A stretch of 32,000 nucleotides of DNA from NCBI GenBank assembly GCA_900234795.1, contig LT962688.1, positions 3,600,001 through 3,632,000 of the forward strand, given 5' to 3'. The notes beneath the pieces were generated by a model. The model did no database searches. It worked only from the letters and a program-made list of their open reading frames with translations, and was not told the origin of the DNA. The DNA comes from Methylorubrum extorquens (GTDB lineage Bacteria; Pseudomonadota; Alphaproteobacteria; Rhizobiales; Beijerinckiaceae). Position numbers and translations under genes: made by a program. This document shows, one piece after another, positions 29,323 to 32,000 of the stretch (positions within the stretch are counted from its first letter, which is position 1; every line of letters starts with the position of its first letter).

Positions 29323-30914
29323 GTCTCGGTCAGGGCCTGATCGTCCTTCTTCAGATAGGCCCGCAATTCGGTCGCGCCCGGCCCGTCGAGCTGCACGTCG
29401 AGGGCGACGCGGAAACCGCCGACATGCGGATTCGGCACGATCGAGGTCGCGGTGATCCGTCCGTTGCTGGCGCTGGCGACGACTTCGGGCGGCACCGGAT
29501 CGCCGAGACGCTTGTCCAGTTCCCCATCACCGAAATCGATCAGGAAGCGTCGGTTGCGCAGGGCGGCTGCGTCCGCGGCCCGGCGCGCGGCGCCGCTCGC
29601 GGCGGGCTCGGCGATGAAGGTGTTCATCACCTTGCCGTTCGGGTGGAGATCCTCGGCCGCAAGCGCCCGGATCGTATAGGCGAGCCGCGCCGGCCGTCCC
29701 GCCGGATAAGGCTGTTTCGGGCGCCAGAAGGCGACGACGTTGTCGGCGGTTTCGTTGTCGGTCGGCAGTTCCATCAGCACAACGCTGCCCTCGCCCCACG
29801 AGCCCTCCGGCTCGACGAAGTAGCCGGGGCGGCGCTCGTAGCCGGCTTCGAGATCCTGGTAGCTGCCGAAGTCGCGGTCGCGCTGCATCAGCCCGAAGCC
29901 CTTCGGGTCGCGGTCGAGGAAGGTCGAGATCCGCCGGCTTTGCGGGTTGTCGAGCGGTCGCCACAGCCACTCGCCGGAGCCGGTAGCGAGCTGGAGCCCG
30001 TCCGAATCGTGCAGCTCCGGCCGGTAATCGTCGCTGTGGCCGCGATCGGTCTCGCTGATGAAGAACATCGAGGTCAGCGGCGCGATGCCGACGGAGGCCA
30101 GATCTTGCCGCGGATAGAGCGTCGCGCTCACCCGCACCCCCGTGGTGCGGCCCGGCTCGACCGTGAAGCGGTAGGCGCCGGCCACGGACGGGCTGTCGAG
30201 CAGGGCGTGGATCGTCAGGGCCTTCGCATCCGCCGACGGCACCTCGATGTAGAACGCGCGGAAGAACGGAAACTCCTCGTTCTCGCCGTCCGAACCGATC
30301 GCCAGGGCGCGGGCGGAGAGGCCGTAGAGCTGGTCCTGGCCGAGGAAGCGGAAATAGCTGGCGCCGGCGAAGACGATCAGTTCGTCGAGGCGGTCGGGCC
30401 GGTTGAGCGGTGCGTGGATGCGGATGCCGGCAAAGTTCAGGTCGCTCGGCAGCGTCCCGTCGATCCGCGTCCGGCCGAAATCGAACAGGGCCGGATCGTA
30501 TGGGATCGGCGTGCTGATCCCGTCGCGCACGAGGCTTACGGAGACCGGGCGTGGATAGAGAAAGCCACGGTGGAACAATTGAAGCCGGAACGGCCCGCCG
30601 GCCTCGCCGAGAAACGCATGGTCCTTCCGGAAGCGGATGTCGCGGTAGGCGTCGTAATCGAGGCCCGCGAGCGGCGCCGGCAGCGGCGGGAAACGGCCGT
30701 CGAAGGGCTGCGCCGCGAGCGCCTGCGCCTGGCGCTCGACCATGCCGGGCTCGAAGGGACGGCTCCTCGCATCGTCCTCAGCGGAAGCCGGCATGGCTGC
30801 GGCGAGGCCGGCGGCGGCCAGCCCCGACATCACGCCCCGGCGCGAGAGCGCGCCTGTCGGCACGGCCTGCTCGGCATGGCCGTTGGGGGCGTGAGGGCCT
30901 TTGGCGCGGATCAT
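29295..30914 (-). CDS. opgD: periplasmic glucan biosynthesis protein, MdoG/OpgG-OpgD family, Tat signal (OpgD-like), 539 aa
   Basis: It shows full-length MdoG-family similarity (FRLQLFHRGFLYPRPV, FAGASYFR, DNVVAFWRP). The twin-arginine signal is LSRRGVMSGLAAAGLAAAMPASA. I chose the ATG at 30914; the track start at 30935 is a GTG. Confidence 0.85.
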   Translation of the reverse strand: MIRAKGPHAPNGHAEQAVPTGALSRRGVMSGLAAAGLAAAMPASAEDDARSRPFEPGMVERQAQALAAQPFDGRFPPLPAPLAGLDYDAYRDIRFRKDHAFLGEAGGPFRLQLFHRGFLYPRPVSVSLVRDGISTPIPYDPALFDFGRTRIDGTLPSDLNFAGIRIHAPLNRPDRLDELIVFAGASYFRFLGQDQLYGLSARALAIGSDGENEEFPFFRAFYIEVPSADAKALTIHALLDSPSVAGAYRFTVEPGRTTGVRVSATLYPRQDLASVGIAPLTSMFFISETDRGHSDDYRPELHDSDGLQLATGSGEWLWRPLDNPQSRRISTFLDRDPKGFGLMQRDRDFGSYQDLEAGYERRPGYFVEPEGSWGEGSVVLMELPTDNETADNVVAFWRPKQPYPAGRPARLAYTIRALAAEDLHPNGKVMNTFIAEPAASGAARRAADAAALRNRRFLIDFGDGELDKRLGDPVPPEVVASASNGRITATSIVPNPHVGGFRVALDVQLDGPGATELRAYLKKDDQALTETWSYPWSVA

Positions 30915-31083
30915 GATCCCATCCCGAAATGCCACGGTTCAATGGCCGCTTCGGTCGGGCTTGGGAAGGGGCCGGCCGAGCTCGTGCGATGCGGAGCTGC
31001 GTCTTTCGCGCAACAATCGCGCGCCACGCCGAACTCTCGACCGATCCGGCCGGAAATCGGGGGGTAGCGGAACCGTTTTTCCC

Positions 31084-31112
31084 TTGTGGTCGAGAGCCCC
31101 CGGCCGTATATG
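31084..31112 (+). promoter_or_regulatory. candidate sigma70-type promoter TTGTGG-N17-TATATG for the ornithine decarboxylase leader
   Basis: TTGTGG is at 31084-31089, followed by a 17-nt spacer and TATATG at 31107-31112. It would give a 5' UTR of about 480 nt. This is a pattern match only. Confidence 0.3.
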
Positions 31113-31119
31113 GCGCCTG

Positions 31120-31598
31120 CCCAATTTCGCACGTGCCTGTGGCCGCGTGTCGGTTGGTGGGCATCCGGTCAACTGCCGGACAGCCGCCAGGGGTCTTAAA
31201 GGATCGATGGTCGTAAAGGGTGGATCCCTACGGCCGGCATCCGGGTGGCGACACCAGACCCTAACAACAACCGGCAGCCGGAGGCGAAACCGGCGAACCC
31301 CGCTCTCCACGGGGGACGCAGCTTAAAGCAACGACGAACGGGCTTTTTTGGTCTCGTCGGCCCTCCAAAGGCCGACACCGAAGAGGCTTGTTTATCCTTG
31401 CCCGGCGTGCGGTTGGGGTTCCCCCATCCAATCCACGGCAGCTTCCGGGGTGCTTCTCGCGCCCGCTGACCGTTCCGCGTCTCCAAAGCGCGAAGCGGAA
31501 GCGACGCATCGCCCCCTGACGCCGACGGTCCTTCCGGGACCGTCACGATTCGATCTCGCGCCCTCGACGGCGCCTCGAACCTGTGGTGGGGACGACCA
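31120..31598 (+). promoter_or_regulatory. long structured 5' leader of the ornithine decarboxylase gene; candidate speF-type cis-regulatory RNA
   Basis: The region has poor coding potential and lower GC. Hairpins lie at 31298-31314, 31356-31376, 31476-31492 and 31524-31544. The alphaproteobacterial speF RNA motif is known to sit upstream of ornithine decarboxylase genes. I could not test it against a covariance model. Confidence 0.45.
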
Positions 31599-32000
31599 AT
31601 GACCGATCGCATCCGCGATTACCTGCGCGCGCGCCGCGACCTCGGCCAGGACGAGGGCCCGGTGATGGTCCTCGACCTCGATGTCGTGCGCGAGAACTAT
31701 ACGGCCTTCGCCCGCGCGCTGCCCGACACCCGTGTGTTCTACGCCGTGAAGGCGAACCCGGCCGCGGAAGTGCTGCGCCTGCTCGCCGAGATGGGCTCCT
31801 GCTTCGACACGGCTTCCGTGGCCGAGATCGAGATGGCGCTCGCCGCCGGCGCCACCGCCGACCGCGTCTCCTTCGGCAACACCATCAAGAAGGAGCGCGA
31901 CGTCGTCCGCGCGCTCAAGCTCGGCATCCGCCTCTTCGCCGTCGATTGCCAGGCCGAGGTCGAGAAGATCGTTCGCGCGAGCGAGGCAGCCGGCATCGCG
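31599..32000 (+). CDS. odc: ornithine (Orn/Lys/DAP-type, alanine-racemase-fold) decarboxylase, 5' partial (134 codons, continues beyond window)
   Basis: The ATG at 31599 opens MTDRIRDYLRARRDLGQDEGPVMVLDLDVVRENYTAFARALPDTRVFYAVKANPAAEVLRLLAEMGSCFDTAS. The FYAVKAN PLP-lysine motif is typical of group IV decarboxylases. The frame is open with strong GC3 bias to the window end. It is absent from the ORF track because no stop is present. Confidence 0.9.
   Translation, partial: MTDRIRDYLRARRDLGQDEGPVMVLDLDVVRENYTAFARALPDTRVFYAVKANPAAEVLRLLAEMGSCFDTASVAEIEMALAAGATADRVSFGNTIKKERDVVRALKLGIRLFAVDCQAEVEKIVRASEAAGIA

Noticed and set aside
31321-31345. Possible tmRNA tag-like sequence (GCAACGACGAAC resembles the ANDN... 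resume region) in the odc upstream region
   Set aside because: No frame gives an ANDx...AA-stop tag, no tRNA-like acceptor/T-arm (GGTTCGA-type) is nearby, and alphaproteobacterial two-piece tmRNA features are absent.

Overview
This is a very GC-rich segment with strong GC3 codon bias. It reads as ordinary core chromosome of an alphaproteobacterium of the Hyphomicrobiales/Rhizobiales, most like Methylobacterium/Methylorubrum. That placement is inferred from the protein sequences, from gene orders such as plsX-fabH-ihfA-merR, hdaA-ppk-ppx and purM-purN, and from a palindromic CCTCATCCTGAGGTG-type repeat.

I support 27 protein-coding genes. One is interrupted by a frameshift and one is cut by the window end. 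In window order they are:
- an MCP chemoreceptor
- a family-I CoA-transferase with an extra C-terminal domain
- an aspartate aminotransferase
- a small orphan ORF
- ppx and ppk
- hdaA
- a frameshifted AI-2E/PerM permease
- purM and purN
- the prkA-yeaH-spoVR triad
- two uncharacterised genes, one of them secreted
- a merR-family regulator and ihfA
- fabH and plsX
- a DUF177/YceD protein
- a ubiquinol-cytochrome c chaperone-like protein
- bamE
- a HAD hydrolase
- an OYE flavin reductase
- a GNAT acetyltransferase
- a Tat-exported OpgD-like glucan protein
- the 5' part of an ornithine decarboxylase

I found no rRNA, tRNA, CRISPR array, IS/transposase/integrase, prophage or recognisable defence genes. 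I do not see a convincing new multi-gene system.

The features most worth follow-up are non-coding or structural:
1. A long structured leader upstream of the ornithine decarboxylase gene. It is possibly the alphaproteobacterial speF RNA motif and has two hairpins with identical CUCCAAA loops.
2. Three tandem 35-bp hairpin repeats in the ppk-ppx spacer.
3. A homopolymer frameshift in the AI-2E permease.
4. A roughly 120-bp palindromic REP/MITE-like element between purN and spoVR.
5. A perfect 9-bp inverted repeat in an AT-richer divergent promoter region.
6. The functionally obscure prkA-yeaH-spoVR module and the two unknown genes upstream of it.

All homology statements come from my reading of the translated ORFs. 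No database search was run.
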